Source: a virus (taxonomy: Duplodnaviria > Caudoviricetes). From it: a stretch of DNA of 61,513 bases. Below the pieces are notes generated by a model. The model worked only from the letters and a program-made list of their open reading frames with translations. It was not told the DNA's origin and did not search any database. Within the stretch, counting starts at the first letter, position 1. The number at the start of each line of letters is the position of its first letter. The stretch lies in the IMG/VR virus record IMGVR_UViG_3300036770_006790, positions 1 through 61,513 of that record. One strand, given 5' to 3'. Below are positions 8,925 to 18,254 of the stretch, piece after piece. Made by a program: the position numbers and the translations under genes.

Positions 8925-10601
8925 ATGAGTAAAGAGAATCTTGTGGAAAAGGCAATGCTTGAGATGCAAAAAATCGAAGAGCTTATTGCTGAAAATGCAA
9001 AAGGAATACTTTCTTCTACAATGAAGGATGAAATCAACGCATTGGTAAAAGAGTCTCTCATGTCCGAGCAAGTTGACGATGAAGATATAGAAACACCAGA
9101 AATGGATGAACCAGAAATGGAGGATTCTGAATTGGAAACAGATATGGATATGGAGCCTGATCTTGATATGGAGGATGAAATGGACATCGAAGATGAGATG
9201 GAAGATGAAACAGAAGATGTTTTGGATTTGACCGACATGGATGATGAATCATTGTTGACAGTATTCAAGGCAATGAGTGAAGATGATGGAATCATTGTAT
9301 CAAAAGATGCAAGTGACATCCATCTAAAAGATGAAAATTCAGATGTGGAATATTTGATTAAATTGAAAGAATCTATAATTAAAGAAACCACAAAAAATAA
9401 AAGGCGTTTGGTTGAAAAAGAAATGGATGAACAAGATGATGATTATTATGATATAGATTCTGCTTATGAAGATAGGACATATCTTCCAGATGACGAAAAT
9501 CCAGAATATATGGGAAATTTTGAGGATGAAGAAGATTTTGAAGATGAGAATGAAACAATGTATGAAATTGAAATGGATGAGGAAGATATGGACCCCAGAT
9601 CAGAAGATGAGCAAAGCGGATATAACGCTATGTTTGGTGATGAAGGGGACGAAGATGAAGAAGGTGAAGAAGATTTTGAGATTGAAGATGATGATGATGA
9701 AACAATATATGAAATAGAAATGGACGAAGAAGAGGACGAAATGGATGAGTCCTATGATATGGATGAAGAAGAAGACGAAGATGACGAAGAAGAGGAGGAC
9801 GAAATGGATGAGTCCTATGATATGGAAGAAGCCATGGATGAAATGGACATGGATGAAATGGATATGGATGAAGCAATAAACGAAATCTTGAAAAAAGGTT
9901 TAAGCGAATCCAAAATGAAACCAAAAGGTGTTGGCATGGGCAGACCTTCCAAGTTCAAATTCAAACCAAAACCAAATCAAGATAAAGGTTTTGATGAGAA
10001 AATGAAAGAAGGACCAAAAACCAAAGGCACCGGAAAGCCAAAATTTGAATACAAAGATGGCAAGAACACGGACGGAAAAATGAAAAAAGTTCACCCAAAA
10101 GGTGAAAAGAAAGAAACAAAAGAGGCCGCAAAGACCTACGGTTTTGGTTCAAAAGAAGGAAGGGGTTTGCGCAAAGGCATTACACCAAACAGAAACAAGG
10201 TTTACGAAGCCGAAATTCTTGACCTCAGAGAGAAAAACGAAGAATACCGCAAGGCATTGAACCTTTTCAGAGAAAAGATTAATGAGGTAGCCGTATTCAA
10301 CTCAAACTTGGCTTATGCAACCAGACTGTTCACAGAACATTCAACAACCAAAAAAGAAAAAATAAACATTTTACGCAGGTTCGATGATGTTCAATCTTTA
10401 AAGGAAAGTAAAACGCTTTACAACTCCATAAAGAAAGAACTCAACGAAAGCGAAGGAAAGCAAATTACAGAATCAATAGCACCAAAAATTAATAACACGG
10501 CATCTACTGGTTCTGCGGTTAATCTTATCGAATCCACAACTTACGAGAACCCACAGTTCTTGAGGATGAAGGATTTGATGAACAAATTGACCAAAAAGTA
10601 A
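8925..10601 (+). CDS. Prohead scaffolding/core protein (T4 gp22-like position)
   Basis: Very acidic disordered middle and coiled-coil C-terminus, immediately upstream of the capsid gene, with many (I/L)xE sites. Confidence 0.75.
   Translation: MSKENLVEKAMLEMQKIEELIAENAKGILSSTMKDEINALVKESLMSEQVDDEDIETPEMDEPEMEDSELETDMDMEPDLDMEDEMDIEDEMEDETEDVLDLTDMDDESLLTVFKAMSEDDGIIVSKDASDIHLKDENSDVEYLIKLKESIIKETTKNKRRLVEKEMDEQDDDYYDIDSAYEDRTYLPDDENPEYMGNFEDEEDFEDENETMYEIEMDEEDMDPRSEDEQSGYNAMFGDEGDEDEEGEEDFEIEDDDDETIYEIEMDEEEDEMDESYDMDEEEDEDDEEEEDEMDESYDMEEAMDEMDMDEMDMDEAINEILKKGLSESKMKPKGVGMGRPSKFKFKPKPNQDKGFDEKMKEGPKTKGTGKPKFEYKDGKNTDGKMKKVHPKGEKKETKEAAKTYGFGSKEGRGLRKGITPNRNKVYEAEILDLREKNEEYRKALNLFREKINEVAVFNSNLAYATRLFTEHSTTKKEKINILRRFDDVQSLKESKTLYNSIKKELNESEGKQITESIAPKINNTASTGSAVNLIESTTYENPQFLRMKDLMNKLTKK
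9731..9825 (+). repeat. Direct repeat within scaffold acidic tract
   Basis: GAGGACGAAATGGATGAGTCCTATGATATGGA occurs twice (EDEMDESYDM); boundaries approximate. Confidence 0.7.
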
Positions 10602-10624
10602 ACAAAATTTTTAAAATAGAAAAA

Positions 10625-12409
10625 ATGGGAGCATTACTCGAATCTGGACTCGTTGGTAACATCGGCCTAAAACATTTGAAGGTTATCAGGGAGGACACTA
10701 TTAACAAATGGGATAAACTTGGTTTTCTTGAAGGCTTGGATGGCCACAAAAAAGAAAACATGGCGCAGCTCTATGAGAACCAAGCGTCTTTCTTAATCAA
10801 TGAAGCAACTACCACGTCGGATACTGGTGCATTTGAAACTGTTGTATTCCCCATCGTGCGTAGAGTATTCTCGAAACTTTTGGCAAACGATATCGTATCC
10901 GTTCAGGCAATGAACTTGCCTATTGGTAAACTTTTCTTCTTTGTGCCTAACATTCAGGGATACGACGCAAATGGTCAACACTATAAGCCGTTTGGCGCAC
11001 CCGATGGTCCAGCAACTCCTAACGCGGGTTATGATTATGATACCACTAAGAGCTTGTATGACCGTTTTTATGAAGGTAACGAACCCGGATTGGATCCTGC
11101 TGGTTTGTTCGATTATTCAAAAGGTCAATTCTCAGCAATCACTGCTACGGTAAGTACGGCTGTATGGTCAACTACCGATGCCGATTTGGTTGTATCTGGT
11201 TACGGTGCTGGCAACTATCGCAAGGTGTTGGTTATTATGTCTGGTTTCTCTAATAGCGGTGCTGGTAAACTTATTGGCCCTGATGGTCACCCAATCGATA
11301 ATGAATCTTTCCTTTCAGATTTGACAATCACGCCAAAAACTACTGCTGGTGGCGCATTCTCTGGTCTTACTAACGCACCAGTCCTCTTCAGGGTTGTTAC
11401 ACAAAAGTATGGCAAAGGTATTGTCCAGTACGGCACAAGCACCACGCAAACATTCCCTAACGATAAAACTGGTGGCGGCACATTCGATAACATTTGCGAC
11501 GCAAATGGCAAAATTTATCTTGAACTTGACTTGCAAGTGCCAGCAACCGTTTCCGATGGTTCAATCGATGGTTATACTGGATTTACGACCACGATTGATG
11601 GTACTGCCGCCACAGACTTCACTGCCACTTATCGCATCTACAAAGAACTCGAATTCGAAGATAGGCTCGGTGAAGTTTCTTTCGACCTTCAGTCCGTTAC
11701 GGTATCTGTTACCGAAAGGAAACTCCGCGCACAATGGTCGCCCGAAATGGCACAAGACGTTGCGGCTTTCCAAAACATCGACGCCGAAGCAGAATTGACC
11801 GCATTGCTCTCCGAGCAAATCGCAGCCGAAATTGACCGCGAAATCTTGCGTGACTTGCGCAAAGGCGCAGCTTGGACTTTGCGTTGGGATTACAACGGCT
11901 GGAAGCGTTTGGGATCAAATGCAGTTCCCTATACTCAAAAGGACTGGAACCAAACCCTTATCACCGCTATCAACCAATTGTCCGCACAAATCCACAAATC
12001 CACACTTCGCGGTGGGGCAAACTGGATTGTCGTTTCTTCGGAAATTAGCGCAATCTTTGATGACCTCGAATACTTCCACGTATCAAACGCATCTCCAGAA
12101 CAAGACCAGTATAACATGGGTATCGAAAGAGTAGGTACTCTCGCTGGTCGTTACCAAGTATATCGCGACCCATACTTCCCACCTAACACCTTGTTGCTGG
12201 GCCATAAGGGCACGAGCTTGCTTGACACGGGTTACATCTACGCACCGTATGTGCCATTGCAACTTACGCCTACAATGTATAACCCATTCAATTTCACACC
12301 TATTAAGGGGATAATGACAAGGTATGCTAAGAAGCTTGTGAACTCCCGCTTCTATGGCCGTGTTACTGTAGATGGTGTACGTACATTCGATTTGAGAGAA
12401 CTTCGATAG
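10625..12409 (+). CDS. Major capsid protein (T4 gp23-like)
   Basis: Motifs FPIVRRVF..LLANDIVSVQAMNLP, RKLRAQWSPEMAQDV.A...IDAEAEL..LSEQIAAEIDREI, GYIYAPYVPL and GIMTRYA. Confidence 0.97.
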   Translation: MGALLESGLVGNIGLKHLKVIREDTINKWDKLGFLEGLDGHKKENMAQLYENQASFLINEATTTSDTGAFETVVFPIVRRVFSKLLANDIVSVQAMNLPIGKLFFFVPNIQGYDANGQHYKPFGAPDGPATPNAGYDYDTTKSLYDRFYEGNEPGLDPAGLFDYSKGQFSAITATVSTAVWSTTDADLVVSGYGAGNYRKVLVIMSGFSNSGAGKLIGPDGHPIDNESFLSDLTITPKTTAGGAFSGLTNAPVLFRVVTQKYGKGIVQYGTSTTQTFPNDKTGGGTFDNICDANGKIYLELDLQVPATVSDGSIDGYTGFTTTIDGTAATDFTATYRIYKELEFEDRLGEVSFDLQSVTVSVTERKLRAQWSPEMAQDVAAFQNIDAEAELTALLSEQIAAEIDREILRDLRKGAAWTLRWDYNGWKRLGSNAVPYTQKDWNQTLITAINQLSAQIHKSTLRGGANWIVVSSEISAIFDDLEYFHVSNASPEQDQYNMGIERVGTLAGRYQVYRDPYFPPNTLLLGHKGTSLLDTGYIYAPYVPLQLTPTMYNPFNFTPIKGIMTRYAKKLVNSRFYGRVTVDGVRTFDLRELR

Positions 12410-12441
12410 TAAAATTATTGTTAATCGATTATTTATTTTTG

Positions 12442-12473
12442 GAGGGGAACATTTTGTTCCCCTCTTTTGTTTT
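12442..12473 (+). terminator. Intrinsic terminator after capsid gene
   Basis: GAGGGGAACA-TTT-TGTTCCCCTC followed by TTTTGTTTT. Confidence 0.88.
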
Positions 12474-12483
12474 AGAATAGTTG

Positions 12484-12491
12484 TATATTTG
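12484..12491 (+). promoter_or_regulatory. Putative Bacteroidota-type -7 element (TATATTTG)
   Basis: TAnnTTTG directly after the terminator and 15 nt before the ATG at 12507. Confidence 0.5.
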
Positions 12492-12506
12492 TAAAATTTT
12501 TTAGAG

Positions 12507-13889
12507 ATGAAAAAAATAGAGTTTACGCCAGAGCAGGTAGCTGAAATCATAAGAATTTATAATGAGGGTATTGAAGGCACGAGGCCAATAGCGAAAAGGT
12601 TTAATGTAAGTTTCACCACTTTAAGAAAACTACTTAAAGAAAATAATGTAAAAATATATAATCACGGTCAAAGATTTAAAGGTGGTAAAGCCGAGGTTGA
12701 CAAAAGATACCGTCAAAAAAATAAAGAAAAACTTAAACAAAATTATAAAAAATGGTCTGGAGAAAATCGAGAACGTTTAAAGGAATATCAAAAAAAATGG
12801 AGAGAGGAAAATAAAGAACATGTTAGAGAATATAGCAGAATCCAAAGCAAAAAACTTTTAGCAGAAAATCCAAAATACAGAATCTCACAAAGATATAGAA
12901 ACTCCATTATTGCCTCCCTCAACGGAAAAAGGGTTTCATCTGTTTTTCAATGGATTGGTTATTCATTGGATGAATTAATGAATCATCTGGAAACATTATT
13001 TTCTGATGGCATGTGCTGGAATAATTATGGTGAGTGGCATATTGACCATATTATTCCAATATCAAAATTTAATTTTGTGAGCACTGATTGCGAGGGATTC
13101 AGGGAATGCTGGAATTTAACCAATTTGCAGCCCATGTGGGCAAAGGATAATTATTCCAAAAACAACAGAATAGTTGCGCATCAATATAAAGTTCGGAAAG
13201 AAAAAGAGAAAACGGAAAATAATAGTTTACCTTTTAATCGTTACCTATATTTATTTCCATTAAAAAAGACAAAAGTAGAAATCATAGATAGGGAAACTTG
13301 TGAAAAAATTGTGAATGAATACGAATGGCTTGGATATATGCCGAAAGAAACCAATTTGCATTTTGGTATATATTTTAAAGTTGATAATGATTATCATTTG
13401 GGTGGGGTAGTCGCATATGAACCCGAATTCGAGGATAATTTTAACTACTCGGATAAAATAATAAAACTAAGTAGAGGTGCATGTTTGTGGTGGACACCCA
13501 AAAATACTGCATCATATTTCATTACGAGAACTTTAGAATGGTTGGAAAAGAATACCAACTATAAGGTGGTAAATGCAACTGTTAATCCATCTGCTGGTGA
13601 AGTTGGAATAATATATCAAGCCTTAAATTGGCATTACATTGGTTCATTTGATGGAAATGGAATAATAAGGTACGCTTACAAAATAGGCAATAAGATATAT
13701 GAGCAAAGGCATATCAATGATATGATTGGATGTACAGATAAGGAAAACGTTATGAAGCACTTTCCTGATGCACAAATGATTAATTTGGGTGGTGGGAATA
13801 GATATTTCAAATTTATCGGCGATAAGCGTGAAAATAGGGAAATGATGAAATCTATTAAGCATTTAATAAAACCCTATCCCCAAAAGTAA
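12507..13889 (+). CDS. HTH + HNH endonuclease fused to Mom-like (GNAT-fold) domain
   Basis: HNH: WNNYGEWHIDHIIP...NLQPMWAKDNYSK. C-terminal LSRG...PKNTASYFI...PSAGEVGIIYQALNWHYIG resembles the Mu Mom family. Confidence 0.75.
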   Translation: MKKIEFTPEQVAEIIRIYNEGIEGTRPIAKRFNVSFTTLRKLLKENNVKIYNHGQRFKGGKAEVDKRYRQKNKEKLKQNYKKWSGENRERLKEYQKKWREENKEHVREYSRIQSKKLLAENPKYRISQRYRNSIIASLNGKRVSSVFQWIGYSLDELMNHLETLFSDGMCWNNYGEWHIDHIIPISKFNFVSTDCEGFRECWNLTNLQPMWAKDNYSKNNRIVAHQYKVRKEKEKTENNSLPFNRYLYLFPLKKTKVEIIDRETCEKIVNEYEWLGYMPKETNLHFGIYFKVDNDYHLGGVVAYEPEFEDNFNYSDKIIKLSRGACLWWTPKNTASYFITRTLEWLEKNTNYKVVNATVNPSAGEVGIIYQALNWHYIGSFDGNGIIRYAYKIGNKIYEQRHINDMIGCTDKENVMKHFPDAQMINLGGGNRYFKFIGDKRENREMMKSIKHLIKPYPQK

Positions 13890-13892
13890 AAT

Positions 13893-13909
13893 GGGGGCAT
13901 TAAGCCCCC
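13893..13909. terminator. Hairpin/terminator between convergent genes
   Basis: GGGGGC-ATTAA-GCCCCC, flanked by an A run upstream and TTAT downstream. Confidence 0.6.
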
Positions 13910-14030
13910 TTATCGTTTATTACCATTTCTATTTTATTTACATCAAAAGCATAACCTAAATAGTAAATTTATATATGAAAAATATCTATATTTCACATAA
14001 TTTTACATGGAAATCTTTTCATATTTTGAG

Positions 14031-14318
14031 CTACCCAAGTGAAAGATTATTATATTCTGAACTACTCAAGTCACCAAAACGTTCAAGAAATTCGAGCGAT
14101 TCGTAAAGAGCCTGTGCATAGTTTTCGATGTTTCCAGTTTTATCTGCTTTTGCTAATTCTATCGCACGATAAATGGCAACAATTCTATTCACAGGTCCAT
14201 CGCCAGTACTTAAAATTTTATTCATAATACGATCAATTTCTCTCTCCTCAGATTCTTGTTCTTTAATTACTTCTTTAACAATTTTTTTCAACTGCGATAA
14301 ATTAATTTTCTTATACAT
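14031..14318 (-). CDS. Small leader-bearing hypothetical protein
   Basis: Start re-set to ATG 14318 (MYKKINLSQLKKIVKEVIKEQ), preceded by ATATTTAT motifs. Confidence 0.65.
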   Translation of the reverse strand: MYKKINLSQLKKIVKEVIKEQESEEREIDRIMNKILSTGDGPVNRIVAIYRAIELAKADKTGNIENYAQALYESLEFLERFGDLSSSEYNNLSLG

Positions 14319-14355
14319 AATAAATATTTTGTCTATAAATATCACAAAAAAAATT

Positions 14356-15960
14356 TTATAATACCATCTCAAATTTTAAATTTCCACAATCCCAGATTAT
14401 ATCATACCCATTCTCCAGCATTATTTCTCTTTCCGTTTTATTTACATCAAAACCATTCTTAACGAGAATGCTTTTTCGGTAATTGAATCTGTTTTCCCTT
14501 TTTTTATATTTTAGCATATAATGATAGTTTGGTTTTGTATGTGCAACAAAATTAAAACCAACTTTTCCATAAAATGAATCTTCAGGACTTGGAGTCCAGT
14601 TTTTATCGCTATAAGTGATTATTTTATTTGGGTTGTTGGTTTTGATGAAGTATTTCAATAATTTTGAAAATCCCCCGACCACGTTTTTGCCGCAAAATCT
14701 ATATAGTTCCCAGATGGATGGGTCTGAATTTTTGTTGCCCATATTGAGTCTTAGTTGACCAAATGTTGCAATGCTAACCAATTTTTTTTCATAAATTAAT
14801 CCATAAGCAATTTTTGATTTGTCATTTCCTTGTAGGTGATGGGAATTCAAAAATTCCGATTTTTCTTTTTTAGAAACCTCTCTCACCTCACATTTTCTGG
14901 CGAATATTCTTGTTTCAGATAATCCAAATATGTGTCTAATTCTATTTTTGATAATTTCCTTTTTGGATTCCCACTCATCTGAAAATATGTGGATTAAGCG
15001 AATACCCTTTCTTGCGCACATTTTGCTTTTATCGAGATGAAAATATTTGCCCTTTCCTTGCTTTTCTGAGTGCCAGAATAAGCCATTATATTCAAAAGCA
15101 ATATTATATTTCATTGAAAGGATATCAAGTTCAACACCATTTAAAAGTTTTTTATCACAAGGGATTACTTCGCTATCAAATGTTTGAATGAATTCAAAAA
15201 GTTCAATTTCACCTTTGCTCCTATATTGTGGGATTGTTTCTATAAAATTATCAGATGTAACTGGACTATTTGGATATAATGATTTGTATATTTCAAAATT
15301 AATGCTATGTTTTTTTAAGTGATTTTCCGTGATATATATCATTTTTTTATTGCAGATTTGGCAGGTAACATATGATTTTTCATCATTTTCGAACATCATT
15401 TCCTTTTCCTCAACAACAATATGTTTATCAAAAAGATATTTAAGATTTTCATTCTGATTAACAAATTCATATATGGTTCTATGTTTTTTTTCAACATGCT
15501 TTGTGATTGCTCCAGTTTTGTTGGTGATATCCGTTGTTGTCCATTCGCATTGTGGGCAATTGAACAATTCTTTTTCTTGCTTATCCTCAACGGAGAAATA
15601 TTGCATATGCCAATAGTTTCCTGTTGTTTTCAAAAACATGGAACGTTTGAACTTGGTCGGAATTTCGATATGCGGTTGGCAGGAGGATAGATGAATCATT
15701 AATGCACCACTCTTGTTATGTGGATCATTGAATGATTTTTGGCAACAATTGCATGTCACATTTTTGTTATCCAAAAAGGTTAAATCGAAATCAATTATTT
15801 TGTGTTTCTGCTGACCACCTTTTTTTCTGATTTCCATGTTGTTGTTTGTTAATGTGGTTTTAATTTTCTTTTTGCCAACCTTATATTCGGAGCATAGTTG
15901 CAATATGGAATATCCATTTTCATATTTGGTTATTATATCATTTATGATGTTACCATCCAT
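14356..15960 (-). CDS. Hef-like homing endonuclease: zinc fingers + PD-(D/E)xK nuclease + GNAT-like C-terminus
   Basis: Three CxxC..H fingers, ELDI...AFEYNGLFWHS, then ARKCEV...HHLQG...WELYRFC...GGFSKLLK...TYSD...IWDCG. Confidence 0.78.
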   Translation of the reverse strand: MDGNIINDIITKYENGYSILQLCSEYKVGKKKIKTTLTNNNMEIRKKGGQQKHKIIDFDLTFLDNKNVTCNCCQKSFNDPHNKSGALMIHLSSCQPHIEIPTKFKRSMFLKTTGNYWHMQYFSVEDKQEKELFNCPQCEWTTTDITNKTGAITKHVEKKHRTIYEFVNQNENLKYLFDKHIVVEEKEMMFENDEKSYVTCQICNKKMIYITENHLKKHSINFEIYKSLYPNSPVTSDNFIETIPQYRSKGEIELFEFIQTFDSEVIPCDKKLLNGVELDILSMKYNIAFEYNGLFWHSEKQGKGKYFHLDKSKMCARKGIRLIHIFSDEWESKKEIIKNRIRHIFGLSETRIFARKCEVREVSKKEKSEFLNSHHLQGNDKSKIAYGLIYEKKLVSIATFGQLRLNMGNKNSDPSIWELYRFCGKNVVGGFSKLLKYFIKTNNPNKIITYSDKNWTPSPEDSFYGKVGFNFVAHTKPNYHYMLKYKKRENRFNYRKSILVKNGFDVNKTEREIMLENGYDIIWDCGNLKFEMVL

Positions 15961-16027
15961 TATGTTTTAAAGTTTTGTGCAAACATAATCAAATAATGTG
16001 GATATTTATAAAAAAAAAATTGTTATA

Positions 16028-16819
16028 GTGAACTTAAAAAAAATCATTAAAGAAAAGCTTCGTGAAAGTGTGGGTAATAAAGTTTTTGAAGGTTTGATAA
16101 CCGAAAAATTGGCAAATGTGGATGATGATGTTGATTTGCTTTATGATTTATATTTTAAAAAAGTAATTGATGAATTATCAAAAACCAAAATAATTAACCT
16201 AGAAATATATAATTTTTTAAAAAAAACAGAAACTTCAGACACATCAATCCTTAAATCAGAAGAATCTAAATTGGCCCATGAAATAAATCCCTGCAAAATA
16301 TTAACAAATGTTGGATTGAATGGATATAACCCAATTGACAAAAAAATATATATTTCCATTAACGATAATGCCATCAATTATGCTATGGGATATAGAGGAG
16401 ATTTGGAGTTGGCCAAAAATGAATTACCATATAAAAACCAACAAAATAGTTTTTCAAAAGAATTTACCGAAGAAAAAATAAAGGGCAGCATTCATCATGA
16501 ACTTGCACATTGGCTTGATGACACCTTCAATAAAGAACATATTAAATATAAAATCACAAAAACACCAGAAATACTTAAGGATGTCTCTATTAATGCAACC
16601 AAACATGAAATTCATGGACAAATGCACAATATTAAGCAACTCCACAACAAATATAAAGAAATTTGGAATGATTTAACATTTAAAGATTTAATTGCTATGA
16701 GCCCATCTTTAAATAATATTTATCGCACATTGCCAAAAGATATAAAAACCCAGTGGCTAAAAGATTTGAAAAAAAGAATGCACAGGGAAAATTTGTTGGG
16801 GAAAAGAATGATTAATTAA
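16028..16819 (+). CDS. HExxH (zincin-like) protein, tandem paralog 1
   Basis: GTG start at 16028 by alignment with its paralog; SIHHELAHWLD plus downstream HEIHG. Confidence 0.65.
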   Translation: MNLKKIIKEKLRESVGNKVFEGLITEKLANVDDDVDLLYDLYFKKVIDELSKTKIINLEIYNFLKKTETSDTSILKSEESKLAHEINPCKILTNVGLNGYNPIDKKIYISINDNAINYAMGYRGDLELAKNELPYKNQQNSFSKEFTEEKIKGSIHHELAHWLDDTFNKEHIKYKITKTPEILKDVSINATKHEIHGQMHNIKQLHNKYKEIWNDLTFKDLIAMSPSLNNIYRTLPKDIKTQWLKDLKKRMHRENLLGKRMIN

Positions 16820-16830
16820 AAAATATTATC

Positions 16831-17625
16831 GTGAACTTAAAAAAAATAATTAAGGAAAAGCTGCGTGAAAGTACGAGCAATAAAGTTTTTGAAGGTTTGA
16901 TAACCGAAAAATTGGCAAATGTGGATGATGATGTTGATTTGCTTTATGATTTATATTTTAAAAAAGGAATTGATAAGATATCAAAATCCAAAATAATCGA
17001 CCCACAAACGTATAAATTTTTTAAAAAAACAAGTATTTCCGATACATCAATCCTTAAAACAGAGGATTGTAAATTGGCACATGAGTTAAATCCTTGCAAA
17101 ATATTAACAAATGTTGATTCGAATTCATATAATCCAATCGACAAAGAAATCCGAATTTCCATTCATGATCAAGCACTCGATTATGCTATGGAATATGATG
17201 GAAATTTGGAGTTGGCTCGAAACACGTTATTACCATATAGGAATCAAAGAAGTGCTTTTTTACAAGAATTTACCGAAGAAAAAATAAAAGGTAGCATTCA
17301 TCACGAACTAGCTCATTGGCTTGATGACACATTCAACAAAGAACATCTTAAATATAAAATCACAAAAAAACCAGAAATATTCAAGAATTTTGATATTAAT
17401 GCAACCAAACATGAAATTCATGGACAAATGCACAATATCAAGCAAATTTACAACAAATATAAAGAAATCTGGGATGGTTTAACATTTTATGATTTACTTA
17501 CTATGAACCCATCTTTAAACACTACTTATCACCGATTGCCAAATGATATAAAAACCCAGTGGCTAAAAGATTTGAAAAAAAGAATGCACAGGGAAAATTT
17601 GTTGGGAAAAAGAATGATTAATTAA
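16831..17625 (+). CDS. HExxH (zincin-like) protein, tandem paralog 2
   Basis: Colinear with the preceding gene and has the same motifs. Confidence 0.65.
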   Translation: MNLKKIIKEKLRESTSNKVFEGLITEKLANVDDDVDLLYDLYFKKGIDKISKSKIIDPQTYKFFKKTSISDTSILKTEDCKLAHELNPCKILTNVDSNSYNPIDKEIRISIHDQALDYAMEYDGNLELARNTLLPYRNQRSAFLQEFTEEKIKGSIHHELAHWLDDTFNKEHLKYKITKKPEIFKNFDINATKHEIHGQMHNIKQIYNKYKEIWDGLTFYDLLTMNPSLNTTYHRLPNDIKTQWLKDLKKRMHRENLLGKRMIN

Positions 17626-17648
17626 AAAATATTTATAAAAAAAATCAA

Positions 17649-18248
17649 ATGATAACCAAGAGAGAACTCATTAATGAAGTAACATCCACGTATAGCGATG
17701 GTAGATTTTATTCTAAATTGACATTTGCGCCAATGAAGTGGGAAAAGAAAAATTTATCACCATTCGAAATTCCCGTTCAAGAATATTCAAATGCTGAACT
17801 TGCGCATGATGAAATGGATGGGGAGTTATCAGTTTCAAAAGAAAGGGCACAATCCATAGAAAAGAAAACGGAACAATTGTCAAATAAAATGAAAGAACTT
17901 AGGGAACAAGAATCTTTAACGAAAAAGGATATTGAAAATCTTGTTCGAGAAATTATAAATGAGGATTTAAGGGTGTGGTTTGGAACAAAGAAAAAACCAA
18001 AAGGTAGCACCCAACCAAAAGGTCCATGGGTTAATATATGTCGCAAAGATGAAAACGGTAAACACCCACCTTGCGGAAGAAAAAAAGCCGAGGATAAGGC
18101 TTATCCAAAATGCCGTGCGGCTGGTGTTGCATCAAAAATGAGCGATGCTCAGAAAAAGGCTGCTTGCCAACAAAAAAGGAGAGCGGAAAAAACGCATGAC
18201 AAATCCGGAAAGGGAAATAAACCAAAAATGGTCAGCCACAAAAAGTGA
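17649..18248 (+). CDS. Hypothetical protein with basic Cys-containing C-terminal domain
   Basis: EDLRVWF...WVNIC...PPCGR...YPKCR motif recalled from large-phage hypothetical proteins. Confidence 0.65.
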   Translation: MITKRELINEVTSTYSDGRFYSKLTFAPMKWEKKNLSPFEIPVQEYSNAELAHDEMDGELSVSKERAQSIEKKTEQLSNKMKELREQESLTKKDIENLVREIINEDLRVWFGTKKKPKGSTQPKGPWVNICRKDENGKHPPCGRKKAEDKAYPKCRAAGVASKMSDAQKKAACQQKRRAEKTHDKSGKGNKPKMVSHKK

Positions 18249-18254
18249 TTTTTT

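Noticed and set aside
8806-8955. N-terminal extensions in the ORF track (also at 14372, 15998, 20019, 53790, 54529, 60199)
   Set aside because: They overlap neighbouring genes or promoter motifs; downstream starts fit better.
8888-12550. Multiple short overlapping ORFs within the scaffold and capsid genes
   Set aside because: Alternate-frame or antisense by-products of low-complexity or higher-GC coding sequence, with no recognisable motifs.
13910-14030. Intergenic gap as a possible tRNA or ncRNA
   Set aside because: No cloverleaf, T-loop motif or stable structure is visible.
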